A stretch of 42,589 nt of DNA, taken from Candidatus Hydrogenedentota bacterium (GTDB lineage: Bacteria > Hydrogenedentota > Hydrogenedentia > Hydrogenedentales > SLHB01). The stretch is taken from the NCBI GenBank assembly GCA_045863335.1, contig BTVY01000053.1, positions 1 to 42,589 on the forward strand, read 5' to 3'. Position 1 is the stretch's first letter; the number at the start of each line of letters is the position of its first letter. Made by a program: the position numbers and the translations under genes. This document shows positions 26,408 through 36,295 of this stretch, piece by piece. Below the pieces are notes generated by a model, which worked only from the letters and a program-made list of their open reading frames with translations, ran no database searches and had not been told where the DNA came from.

Positions 26408-27713
26408 TCTCCCGCGATTCAGATTGCGTCGCATCGACAAAGGATTCGAGACGGCCCATGGCTGCCGGGTCCAACTCGACATCCACGAGAATGGCATTGT
26501 CTTCGTACCGCCTTTCGAAGACACGCCCGCCCTCATACAACTCGCTCAACAATCCTGCGTCGCGCTGAGGTATCCGCAACCAGACTCGTTTGCGCTTCAA
26601 CGCCAACGTTTCTTGCACCAACCGAAGCAGGTCGTTCAGTCCCTCGCCCGACTTGGCGGATACGGCAACAGTGGTACCCGGGCCGCGCAATTGTTCGCGG
26701 ACATGCGCGGGATCGGCAATGTCGGTCTTATTGAAAACGCGAATCATTGGCTTGTCTTCGACGCCGATCTCGTCAAGCACCGTGTTCACCGCGTCGATAT
26801 GTTCGGAAACGGCTTCGTGGGATACATCCGCCACCAGCAGAATGATGTCGGCGTCCGTCACCTCCTCCAATGTCGCGCGGAACGCTGCCACGAGCGAGTG
26901 CGGCAGCTTGCGAATGAACCCTACCGTGTCGGTAATGACGATGTGCCCGCCTTCCGGCAAGGGACAACGGCGGCTGCACGGATCGAGCGTCGCGAATAGC
27001 TTGTCTTCGACGAACGCGTGCGAGTTTGTGAGCGCGTTGAGCAACGAGGACTTGCCTGCGTTCGTATACCCGACGAGCGCCACGGTCCCGGCGCTGCCCT
27101 CTGTGCGGGTCTTGCGCTGCACGCGACGATGCTTGCGAATCTCGTCGAGTTCCGCGCGGAGCCGGTTGATGCGTTTGCGAATGACACGGCGGTCCACTTC
27201 CAGCTTCTGTTCACCGGGACCACGCGTACCGATACCGGCGCCCAGCCGCATCATCTCCGCGCCGCGTCCCGTCAAGCGCGGAAGCGCGTACTGCAATTGG
27301 GCGAGTTCGACCTGGTGTTTACCTTCGTTGGTCTGCGCGCGTTGGGCGAAGATATCGAGAATGAGTTGAGTCCGATCGACCACCTTCACGCCCAGGGCCA
27401 CCTGCAATTTAGATCCTTGCGTCGGAGTCAGATCGGAGTCGACCACCACGAGGTCGGCCTCCAACTCCTCCACCGCGGCGCGAACTTCCTGCACCTTGCC
27501 CGACCCGATCAGCGTGGCGGGGCATGGCTCCGGACGGCGCTGCACAAAGGTGCATGCCACGTCGGCCCCGGCGGTCCACACCAGGCGCCGCATCTCCGCC
27601 ATGGATTCTTCGATTTCGTGGTCGGAATCGGACGGCAGCGCGAGACGCACGAGCACGGCGGTTTCCACAATCGGGGGGCGCTCGAGCGTTATCATTTTCT
27701 CAGAATTCGGCAT
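26385..27713 (-). CDS. hflX: GTPase HflX
   Basis: DRTQLILDIFAQRA, GIGTRGPGE, VGYTNAGKSSL, DKLFATLD, DTVGFIRKLPH, NKTD, SAK. Confidence 0.96.
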   Translation of the reverse strand: MPNSEKMITLERPPIVETAVLVRLALPSDSDHEIEESMAEMRRLVWTAGADVACTFVQRRPEPCPATLIGSGKVQEVRAAVEELEADLVVVDSDLTPTQGSKLQVALGVKVVDRTQLILDIFAQRAQTNEGKHQVELAQLQYALPRLTGRGAEMMRLGAGIGTRGPGEQKLEVDRRVIRKRINRLRAELDEIRKHRRVQRKTRTEGSAGTVALVGYTNAGKSSLLNALTNSHAFVEDKLFATLDPCSRRCPLPEGGHIVITDTVGFIRKLPHSLVAAFRATLEEVTDADIILLVADVSHEAVSEHIDAVNTVLDEIGVEDKPMIRVFNKTDIADPAHVREQLRGPGTTVAVSAKSGEGLNDLLRLVQETLALKRKRVWLRIPQRDAGLLSELYEGGRVFERRYEDNAILVDVELDPAAMGRLESFVDATQSESRENVYAHPA

Positions 27714-27989
27714 ACTCTAACTCTACCAAGAATCACCAGTCACGCCGTACTGCCGCCACAGCATATAGTGTGTTTCCTGCGGGGCATTATACGTTATATG
27801 GTGGGCGGCGTCCAATGGAATCGGTGCAGCACGATCATCGATTTTCTACTGAATCGCTTTCCGAATATCCAGTATTCACTATACCATGGACCCCAAAGCC
27901 TGACAAGACGATCAAACAGCCTAAATACTTGTCTCTGCGCAGATTTATGCGTACCATGCCTGACGCGAAGTAAACAAGGAGTTCCTACT

Positions 27990-29123
27990 ATGTCTTATCG
28001 GTGTTTTATGGTATTGGGTTTAACGTTCGGAATACTCCTGGGGAGCTGGAATGCCGGAGCCCAGGTCACCCCCGAGGAAAAACAGAAAGCTCTGGAGGCC
28101 GCCGCGATGACGCCATCAGAGTGGACCACCGAGGATTTTGTGAGCCGACTGGAAACCGCCGGCGGCACGGTGGACTTCGTGTTTGGTGATGATCGTCCCT
28201 TCCCCCAGTGCCACGCGTCCACAATTGTCGAGGCGGAAGACGGATCGCTCCTCTGCGCCTGGTTCGGCGGTAAAGAGGAGAAGGCCGAGGACGTCGGTAT
28301 CTGGCTTTCGCGGTACGTGGACGGCGAATGGACAGCTCCCGAAGAAATCGCCAAGGTAAACGAGACGCCCCACTGGAACCCGGTGCTTTTCCGCGACCCG
28401 GCCCGGGGCACGTATCTCTTCTTCAAGTTCGGACGTGAAATCCCGCTATGGGAGACGGCCTGGATGGAAACCGCGGACAGCGGCAAAACGTGGTCTGATC
28501 CCGTGGAACTGGTGGCCTTCGATCAGGGCGGCCGTGGCCCGGTGAAGAACAAGGCTATCGTGCTATCCGACGGCGCCTGGCTGGCCGGCGCCTCGACGGA
28601 ATACCAGCGCTGGGACGCCTTTGCCGACCGTTCGGATGACGGCGGCAAGACGTGGGTCCGCAGCGAGAACTTTGAAATTGACCATGAAACTTTCAGCGGT
28701 CACGGAGCGATCCAGCCTACGGTTTGGGAATCGGAGCCCGGCAAGGTCCACGCGCTGCTGCGCACCACAGCGGGCAAGGTCGGCCGGGCCGACTCCACCG
28801 ACGGCGGCCGGACGTGGACCGCGATGCACCTCACGGAACTGCCGAACAACAATAGCGGTATCGATGTCCTGAAGGTCGAAGATGGCAGCCTTTATCTGGT
28901 CTACAACCCAGTGGGCGTGAACTGGGGCGGCCGCTCCCCTCTCACCTTGGCGAAATCCACGGATAACGGGCTGTCCTGGACGAATCTGGTGCATCTCGAA
29001 AACGAAATGGGCAGCGAGTTCTCCTACCCCGCGATTGTTTCCACAAGCGAGGGCATCGCAATAAGTTATACTTGGAAACGCCAACGGATACGCTGCTGGC
29101 AAGTCCCAGCAAAGGCTCTGTAG
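27990..29123 (+). CDS. Exported BNR/Asp-box sialidase-family protein
   Basis: Signal peptide; CHASTIVE, WFGG..E, repeated S/AxDxGxTW Asp boxes, EFSYPAI. The upstream extension to 27018 is antisense to hflX. Confidence 0.85.
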   Translation: MSYRCFMVLGLTFGILLGSWNAGAQVTPEEKQKALEAAAMTPSEWTTEDFVSRLETAGGTVDFVFGDDRPFPQCHASTIVEAEDGSLLCAWFGGKEEKAEDVGIWLSRYVDGEWTAPEEIAKVNETPHWNPVLFRDPARGTYLFFKFGREIPLWETAWMETADSGKTWSDPVELVAFDQGGRGPVKNKAIVLSDGAWLAGASTEYQRWDAFADRSDDGGKTWVRSENFEIDHETFSGHGAIQPTVWESEPGKVHALLRTTAGKVGRADSTDGGRTWTAMHLTELPNNNSGIDVLKVEDGSLYLVYNPVGVNWGGRSPLTLAKSTDNGLSWTNLVHLENEMGSEFSYPAIVSTSEGIAISYTWKRQRIRCWQVPAKAL

Positions 29124-29325
29124 ATTCTCCTGGCAACGCCCCGGCTACACCGGATTACGCTAGCTGCGAATAGATAGCGTTGTACACGGGATTGCTGGTC
29201 CCGCTTAACCGAGTGACACTGGATTACGCGGCACCGGCCCCGCGTTTCTATTGAACGGTGACATCTGAAGTGGTCCGCGAGCAGCCGGATGGTTGCCGGG
29301 ACGAAACGCTGCTAAGGTGACTTTC

Positions 29326-30579
29326 ATGAGTACGACAACGGAATCGGGCATTGGTGCGCAATGGGGACTTCTGGGTGTGTTGGGATTGGTTGTCCTGGTC
29401 ACGGCGATTTTCGTGTATTCCTTCAACCACGCTGGCTCGGCGGTGGCCGAGGCCCCGGAAAAGACCAAGGAGAGTAACGAAATGGTACGGGTAAACGTGA
29501 TCGGTTCGGACGGAAAACTGACTGGCCCAGTCGAGATGGCCAAGTTCGAACTCACCGATGCCGAATGGCGGTCGCGTCTCTCTCCGGAACAGTACGCCAT
29601 CCTTCGCAACAAGGGCACGGAACCGGCCTTCTGCGGTACCCTCCTGGACAACAAGAAGACGGGGTACTACGTGTGCCTGGGATGCCGGCTCCCACTCTTC
29701 CACTCCAACGCCAAGTTCAACTCCGGTACCGGCTGGCCCAGTTTTTTCCAGCCGGTGAGCGATGAGAACGTAATCGAGAAACAGGATCTCAGCCATGGCA
29801 TGGTGCGTACGGAGATTCTCTGCGCCCGCTGCGATGGACACTTGGGGCACGTGTTTGAGGACGGACCCAGAGACAAGACGGGGCTTCGGTATTGCCTGAA
29901 CTCGGAATCTCTCGAGTTTGTGGATGAGAAGGATGTGAAGACGCTCGCCGAAAACGTGCCTGCCTCTGGTACTGCGAGCAACACGCCTAAGGTCGGCGAT
30001 AAGTTACCCGCTCCAGCGAAGGACACGGCCCTCGCCACTGAGTCGGGCACGGCGAAGGCCGTCTTCGGGGGAGGATGCTTCTGGTGCACTGAGGCCGTAT
30101 TCCAGGAGATCAACGGAGTCTCGGAAGTGCTCTCGGGGTATGCCGGCGGCGACCCGGCCAGAGCGAATTACGAGGACGTGTGTACCGGCACGACCGGACA
30201 CGCGGAGGTCATCCAGATCACATACGATCCTTCAAAGGTCACGTACGGCCAACTCCTGCGGATCTTCTTCGCGACCCACGACCCGACCCAGCTCAACCGG
30301 CAAGGGCCAGACACGGGGACGCAATACCGGTCTTCGGTCTTTTTCGCTAATGAGGAACAGAAGTCGGTCGCGGCGGCCTACATTCAGCAGTTGAACGAGG
30401 CCGGGAAATTCAAGAAGCCCATCGTGACGACACTGGAGGAGCTGGAAGAGTTCTTCCCGGCCGAGGATTACCACCAGGATTACGCCGACAAGAACCCGGG
30501 CAACCGGTACATCCAAATGTTCGCGGCACCGAAGGTGGACAAAGTGCGCAGCGAATTCACCGAGGAAGTGAAGCAGTAG
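29326..30579 (+). CDS. msrAB: Membrane-anchored MsrB-MsrA fusion methionine sulfoxide reductase
   Basis: N-terminal TM; Msr[24 protein letters not shown]; Msr[27 protein letters not shown]. Confidence 0.93.
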   Translation: MSTTTESGIGAQWGLLGVLGLVVLVTAIFVYSFNHAGSAVAEAPEKTKESNEMVRVNVIGSDGKLTGPVEMAKFELTDAEWRSRLSPEQYAILRNKGTEPAFCGTLLDNKKTGYYVCLGCRLPLFHSNAKFNSGTGWPSFFQPVSDENVIEKQDLSHGMVRTEILCARCDGHLGHVFEDGPRDKTGLRYCLNSESLEFVDEKDVKTLAENVPASGTASNTPKVGDKLPAPAKDTALATESGTAKAVFGGGCFWCTEAVFQEINGVSEVLSGYAGGDPARANYEDVCTGTTGHAEVIQITYDPSKVTYGQLLRIFFATHDPTQLNRQGPDTGTQYRSSVFFANEEQKSVAAAYIQQLNEAGKFKKPIVTTLEELEEFFPAEDYHQDYADKNPGNRYIQMFAAPKVDKVRSEFTEEVKQ

Positions 30580-30978
30580 CCAGAGATACTGAATAAAGCA
30601 TAATTTACGTCAATCGCAAAGAAGCAGTTCGAGTTTAATGTAAGATATTTAATACCCCAATGATCTCGAGTTCATTTTGATGGACACTCGACTGTTCGCC
30701 GCGCTCATCCGGCTTTGGCTGCAAGAAACGGCAGACATTGACGCGCGGGTTTGAGGATTCCGGAGAGTACTATTTCCCGAATGGACTTTTCGGAGTGACC
30801 GGTTCGATCAAGTGTTTCACGGGAATTAAAGCCGAACAGGTTTGAGCCATGATACGCCTTTTTCTTCCCTTCATCGGAGCCTTTCGCTAAGAGATAGCCA
30901 TCGTATTTAATTGGTAGATTCGATGATGAAACATTTGTGAAACATATTTGTCCGCCTTAATACGGGAGCGAACGAATA

Positions 30979-32301
30979 TTGACAGGAATCAGGTTAATTC
31001 TGACGTTTATCGCCACTGTGGGGGTGGGAATGTCGTCTTTTGGATCAACGTTCAAGGTCGGTTTTGTCCAGCGGGACATCACGCCAACGGAATCGGTTCC
31101 GATGTGGGGGTACGCGCAGGAGAATCGATCGGATTTCATGTCCGATGGAATCCTCGATCCTTTACATGCGAAAGCCGTCGCCATTGAGGTAAGCGATACA
31201 AAACTCGCCATCGTAGGGCTGGACCTGGGACGGGCACCCACCAAAGCCCTGACCAACCGGATTCGACAAGCCGTGCAAGAACGGGTAGGCATCGATCAGG
31301 TCTTGCTCGTCGCGTCCCATACCCACCACGGCCCGGTCCTGGAGTTGACCGGTTCGCAGGGTGAAGGCATAGGCAAGTACGACGCTGCCCTGCGCTATGT
31401 GAACGCCCTCGAAGGGCAGCTTTTGGACGTCATAGTCGAGGCCGCGAGTAGCGCCCGCGATGCCAGGGTTGGTTGGGGAAAGGCGGACTGTCTCTTGAAC
31501 AGAAATCGCCATTCCTCTATCGCTCCCGTCCCCGTGGACTCCGATTTGGTCGTGATTCGGTTCGAGAACCTGGATGGGAATCTGATCGCCACGCTCGTGA
31601 ACTACGCCGCCCATCCGACGGTACATCCTCCCCAGAATCGACGCTTCACCGCGGAGTTTCCCGGCGTGATGATGCGGGAGGTGGAACGAGTAACAGGCGC
31701 ACCATGTGTGTTTCTCCAAGGCGCGGCCGGCGACCTTCAGTGTGAAATGAACGACGACCTCTGGGGAAAAGAAGACTTTATCGAACCGATCGGGAAGGCA
31801 CTGGCGCGCCGCGTGCTCGAAGTAAGCAAAATCATACACGCAGAAGTACCGGCCCGCCCTTCCATTCTGGGAAAAACGAGTGCGTTTGAGGCGAGCACCC
31901 GGATAGACCTTTTTGACCCTGACGTTCGGGCGGGTTTTGGCGCGGCGTATTTCCCAGAGATCGTGACAGCCCTGGCTAACAACGCAGTTGGCGAATTGGG
32001 CCACATGCATCCGGAAATGACCACGGTGCTGCTCAACAACGAGATTTTCTTCGTCGGTGTCTCGGGGGAGTTTTTCTGTAACCACGCGATTCGCTTGAAG
32101 GCCCGCGCCCGGATTCCATTGACCGTGTTCGCAGGGTACTGCAATGAGCATCACTTCTACTTCCCCACCATCGAAGCGGCGGCGGAAGGCGGTTATGGCG
32201 CCGACCCCGCGTCGGCCTGGGCGGAAGTGGGCACAGGCGAACGTATGATGGACCAGGCGCTTGAAGACCTTTACGAATTCCAAGGAAAGCTCGGCGGCTA
32301 A
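30979..32301 (+). CDS. Neutral/alkaline ceramidase-like exported hydrolase
   Basis: DITP..PMWGY, DPLHAKA, ASHTHHGP, NYAAHPT, FLQGAAGD, GEFF. Confidence 0.75.
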   Translation: MTGIRLILTFIATVGVGMSSFGSTFKVGFVQRDITPTESVPMWGYAQENRSDFMSDGILDPLHAKAVAIEVSDTKLAIVGLDLGRAPTKALTNRIRQAVQERVGIDQVLLVASHTHHGPVLELTGSQGEGIGKYDAALRYVNALEGQLLDVIVEAASSARDARVGWGKADCLLNRNRHSSIAPVPVDSDLVVIRFENLDGNLIATLVNYAAHPTVHPPQNRRFTAEFPGVMMREVERVTGAPCVFLQGAAGDLQCEMNDDLWGKEDFIEPIGKALARRVLEVSKIIHAEVPARPSILGKTSAFEASTRIDLFDPDVRAGFGAAYFPEIVTALANNAVGELGHMHPEMTTVLLNNEIFFVGVSGEFFCNHAIRLKARARIPLTVFAGYCNEHHFYFPTIEAAAEGGYGADPASAWAEVGTGERMMDQALEDLYEFQGKLGG

Positions 32302-32424
32302 TCACGGACCCAGCGGGATTCCGCACGCCCTGCGTCCGGTTATATCTTGACGTGACAGCGGGGTCGCCTGCTACACTTCGGCTCGCAGAGGGGCGCGACG
32401 GGGTAACACCGGAGATCGTGGGGT

Positions 32425-33594
32425 TTGGGTAAGAAGGACCAGTCGTCGAAGGGGAGCCGAAGTGTGCGCTTCGGCATCGGTCTCATGTCAGGGTCGTCGT
32501 GCGACGGGGTCGACGCGGCCCTGGTTCGTATCAAGGGAACTGCGCCGGATATCCGCATCAAACTCGTTGCCTTCGAGACCTTCACGTATTCCCACACGTT
32601 AAAGCAACGCCTGTTGCAGTCCCGCATCGACTGCCGGGAACTGGCGCGCCTCCATTTCGACCTCGGCAAGATCTTCGCCGAAGCGACCCTGTCCATGCTG
32701 ACCCGCGCGAGGGAGGAGGACGTCAACGTCGATTTCGTCGCATCGCACGGGCACACCCTCTCCCACGTTCCGCCGGAACTTGGGCACGAGGGCTGCGGGA
32801 CGCTCCAGATTGGCGAGGCGGCCATCATCGCGCAGACGGCCAAAGTGCCGGTCATCGCGGATTTTCGGCCGCGGGATATGGCGGCGGGTGGCCAGGGCGC
32901 GCCGCTCGTGCCCTATGCGGATTGGCTCTTTTTCCACCGGGACGACGAGACGGTCGGCTGCCTGAACATCGGCGGCATCGCGAACCTGACGGTCGTGCCT
33001 CCGAAGCTGGAAGACGTCTTCGCCTTCGATACGGGACCCGGCAACATGCCCATCGACGGAGCAGTCCGCCGGATCACCCACGACAAGCATGGCGTCGATT
33101 TCAAAGGCGCCGGCGCAGCCAAGGGGAAGATCATCGAGCCGCTGCTGAAGACGCTGACCGCTCACCCCTTCTTCGACAAGGCGCCGCCCAAATCCACGGG
33201 GCGGGAACATTTCGCCGTCGAGGAATACGTCCCCAAAGAGTTCTTCAATACCGCCGAATACGCATCCGAAGATGTGCTAGCCACAATCACCAAGGCTGTG
33301 GCGACCAGCATCATCAACGCCTGCGACCGGTTCGTCGGCCCCTCCCACGCCCTCGCCCGCCTCATCGTCAGCGGCGGCGGCGTACACAACCGCACCCTCA
33401 TGAAACACCTCCGCGAAGGCATGCCCGATATGACCATCCTCACCAGCGATCAGATGGGCCTCTCCTCCGACGCCCGCGAAGCCATCGCCTTCGCCATCCT
33501 TGGCAACGAAACCATGTCCCTCGCCCCCGCCAACCTGCCCTCCGCCACCGGCGCCAGCCGTGCCGCGGTGCTCGGGAAGTTTTATTGGGGATAA
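32425..33594 (+). CDS. anmK: Anhydro-N-acetylmuramic acid kinase
   Basis: IGLMSGSSCDGVDAAL, SHGHT, DFRPRDMAAGGQGAPLVP, NIGGIAN, FDTGPGN, PKSTGRE, REAIAFA. Confidence 0.95.
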   Translation: MGKKDQSSKGSRSVRFGIGLMSGSSCDGVDAALVRIKGTAPDIRIKLVAFETFTYSHTLKQRLLQSRIDCRELARLHFDLGKIFAEATLSMLTRAREEDVNVDFVASHGHTLSHVPPELGHEGCGTLQIGEAAIIAQTAKVPVIADFRPRDMAAGGQGAPLVPYADWLFFHRDDETVGCLNIGGIANLTVVPPKLEDVFAFDTGPGNMPIDGAVRRITHDKHGVDFKGAGAAKGKIIEPLLKTLTAHPFFDKAPPKSTGREHFAVEEYVPKEFFNTAEYASEDVLATITKAVATSIINACDRFVGPSHALARLIVSGGGVHNRTLMKHLREGMPDMTILTSDQMGLSSDAREAIAFAILGNETMSLAPANLPSATGASRAAVLGKFYWG

Positions 33595-33617
33595 GGGGTC
33601 GGGCGTAATCGGACCGC

Positions 33618-33896
33618 TCAGTCCGTTGATTGCTCCGGGGTAGACGGTCCCAGACAATTCCTGTCGCGCATCGGGTGAAGTTGCCGGCCACATTTGGCAC
33701 ATTTGCGGCGGGGTTTCATAACTTCGCTTTTCGTCTTCATCACGATCTTCCAGTTCGCGTAATTGGTGTATCCGCAGTGATGGCAGATGAGGGAATTCCG
33801 GAAAAACTCCCGATGCACGACATCGGGGTCGCCGAGGCCGGGGGCGTCCTCATTCGAGGATGCCGGATTGTTCCTGTGAAGACGCCCTCTCTTCAT
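33618..33896 (-). CDS. Small putative zinc-ribbon protein
   Basis: CHHC...CAKC pair in 92 aa; occupies otherwise empty space. Confidence 0.4.
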   Translation of the reverse strand: MKRGRLHRNNPASSNEDAPGLGDPDVVHREFFRNSLICHHCGYTNYANWKIVMKTKSEVMKPRRKCAKCGRQLHPMRDRNCLGPSTPEQSTD

Positions 33897-34012
33897 TTCT
33901 CGATGCCATCAAGAGGAATGCCGACCAGAGACTCGACGGCTATCCGTATTGAACACATAGTATCATACGTGAAGAAAGCCTCGGGACGCGGTAGAAAACA
34001 ATCGAGGGGCAG

Positions 34013-34090
34013 ACGTCAATTCAGAACGCGCTACGCCCGATGGTGAACCGCCACGGCGTTACATTCGACGAGCGATACTTGTGGGACCAG
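34013..34090 (+). pseudogene. 3' remnant of a Y1 transposase gene
   Basis: Translates TSIQNALRPMVNRHGVTFDERYLWD versus VSFQDEFRRFLKRHGVAFDERYVWD in the intact gene; followed by the same REP cluster. Confidence 0.75.
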
Positions 34091-34109
34091 CGTGACGATT
34101 CGGTTGTGT

Positions 34110-34696
34110 AACCCTTTCAGGGTATGCGTAAAGGGGATGCACCCGCACCCTGGGTAGGCCTTGCTTCGCTGCGGCCAACCCAGGGCTATAAATATGTAGG
34201 CCCGTTGGGCCATTTCGGCGGCTCGGCGCCGCCACGTGCTGGGTGAGGCTACACGCCCGTCCGTCGTCATACGTACCTGCGCCGGGCCATTACAGCCCGC
34301 TCTGCGCCGCAACGTATTGGGTGAGGTACACGACTTGTCTTTGTCATACCTACGTTTGTCGTGCTCATTGAATCTGAGGTATGCGTCCTTTGCGGTAATC
34401 TTGCTCAGAAGAGACACCCGGACGTTCGCGGCGCGGCGGCTTGATGCCGCCGCGTGTTAGATGAGGCACCGGCCTTCCTTTGTCATACCTACATTTGTCG
34501 TGCTCATTGGCCTGAGGCCTACGCCCTCAACCGTAAACTTGCTCAGAAGAGACACCCGGACGTTCGCGGTGCGGCGGCGTCAAGCCGCTGAAATGGCCCG
34601 AAGGGCCTACATACTTGCAGCCCCAGGTTGGCGCGCCTTGGGCGCGACTACCTGGGGTCACCGGTGCCTCCCCTTGGTCCTTCCCCTGAAGGGGGT
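34110..34696. repeat. REP module 1: inverted triple-hairpin REP clusters enclosing about 2.5 copies of a 138-140-bp unit
   Basis: Left arm 34110-34223, right arm 34583-34696 (inverted); units anchored at (A/G)TGAGG 34243 (partial), 34321 and 34461. Confidence 0.85.
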
Positions 34697-34778
34697 ATAT
34701 AGAATACATTCATCAGGGCTGCGGTACGCAGCTTCCCGTAGGACAGACCGTAATGAAGACAGCGGAAGGAGAATTCGC

Positions 34779-35234
34779 ATGGCCCAATCGCTCGCCCAGG
34801 TCCATCTCCACCTGATTTTCTCGACCAAGAACCGCGTGCCTCATTTGGCGGATTCGAAGGTTCGAAACGAGGTGTTCGCGTATCTCGCGTCGACCTTCAA
34901 TGGGTTGAATGCACCGGCGCACATCATTGGCGGGATGCCGGATCATGTACACGCATTATTTTCGTTGCCGCGGGACAAGGACATCGCCGGAATAGTTGCC
35001 GAGGTGAAACGGAGTTCATCGATTTGGATCAAGAAGAAGGACGACGCATACAAATCATTTCAGTGGCAAAGTGGGTACGGGGTGTTTTCGGTGAGTCATT
35101 CCAATTTGGGGCGCGTCGCGCGATACATTCGCGGCCAGGAGGAGCATCACCGGGACGTGTCGTTTCAGGACGAGTTTCGACGATTTCTGAAGCGTCACGG
35201 CGTCGCATTTGATGAGCGATACGTGTGGGATTAG
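34779..35234 (+). mobile_element. tnpA: IS200/IS605-family Y1 HUH transposase, REP-associated (RAYT/TnpA-REP-like)
   Basis: HLIFSTK, MPDHVH (HUH), WQSGYGVFSVS, RYI..QEEHH (catalytic Tyr); AAGGAG RBS; no tnpB; flanked by REPs. Confidence 0.92.
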
Positions 35235-35250
35235 CGAGAAGCGGTTGTAT

Positions 35251-35755
35251 AACCCTTTCAGGGTATGCTTAGGGGGAGACACTTGTACCCTGGGTAGGCC
35301 TTGCTGCGCGGCGGCCAACCCAGGGCTATGAGTAGTTAGGCCCTTCGGGCCATTTCGGCGGCTTAATGCCGCCGCGTGTTAGATGAGGCACCGGCCTTCC
35401 TTTGTCATACCTACGTTTGTCGTGCTCATTGGCCTGAGGACTACGCCCTCAACCGTAATCTTGCTCAGAAGAGACACCAGGACGTTCGCGGTGCGGCGCC
35501 TTGATGCCGCCGCGTGTTAGATGAGGCACCGGCCTTCCTTTGTCATACCTACGTTTGTCGTGCTCATTGGCCTGAGGACTACGCCCTCAACCGTAATCTT
35601 GCTCAGAAGAGACACCCGGACGTTCGCGGTGCGGCGGCGTCAAGCCGCCGAAATGGCCTGAAGGGCCTACATACTCCCAGCCCCAGGTTGACGCGCCTTT
35701 GGCGCGACTACCTGGGGTCACCTGCGCCTCCCTTTTGTCTTCCCCTGAAGGGGGT
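35251..35755. repeat. REP module 2: inverted REP clusters enclosing two near-identical 138-bp units
   Basis: Left arm from 35251, right arm to 35755; ATGAGGCACC anchors at 35383 and 35521. Confidence 0.88.
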
Positions 35756-35862
35756 ATAAACACCATGGCCTTGGTGGTTTGCCGGGCACGCCGTCCTGCA
35801 ATCCGCATCGAACGGGTGGACAGCGCCCTGAGTATCTCAGGAAGCAAGCATCCCTGCCCTGT

Positions 35863-36210
35863 TTACCGCTCTCCGACGGTCGCACGCGCCGGATCGCGCC
35901 AGCCGAAGATGGCGAGGAGCATGAGGACTTGGGAGAGGATTGACATGAGTCCGAGGGCGCCCTGGACGATTCCGTAGAACCCGGTTACCGGCGCCCCGTC
36001 GTTTGTGATCTGCCAGTACTGGTAGGCGAAGACCGCGAAGGAAATCAGCCGCGTCGCCAGTAACAAACTGAATGCGATAAGGGCCACCAATGATACCGTG
36101 GGGTGTTTCTTCCAACGGACGAGGGCAAGAACGATTCCGGCGATGGCGAGGGCGATGGCCGGCAGGTTCCAGAGCTGGGAAAGGACCAATTGAGCGGGGA
36201 AGCTGGTCAT
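35863..36210 (-). CDS. Small three-TM membrane protein
   Basis: Three hydrophobic segments; RWKKHPTVS loop; last gene of the minus-strand operon. Confidence 0.7.
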   Translation of the reverse strand: MTSFPAQLVLSQLWNLPAIALAIAGIVLALVRWKKHPTVSLVALIAFSLLLATRLISFAVFAYQYWQITNDGAPVTGFYGIVQGALGLMSILSQVLMLLAIFGWRDPARATVGER

Positions 36211-36295
36211 GGGCGCCGGCCTTTCGGTTGAGTTGCGATGTTTCTACGGCGGAGGAAGTGTACCTGCGCAGGAAGACGCGAGCAACTGGCTCGGG

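Noticed and set aside
27018-27989. N-terminal extension of the 701-aa ORF
   Set aside because: Antisense to hflX; the signal peptide and RBS place the start at 27990
34461-34778. N-terminal extension of the transposase ORF, and other short ORFs in the repeats
   Set aside because: They read through repeat DNA; the RBS and family N-terminus start at 34779
34227-35640. Tandem units as a CRISPR array
   Set aside because: Units are 138-140 bp with no unique spacers, and there are no cas genes
34779-35755. IS605 element with TnpB/IscB and omegaRNA
   Set aside because: No RuvC/HNH ORF next to tnpA; the flanks are REP-like
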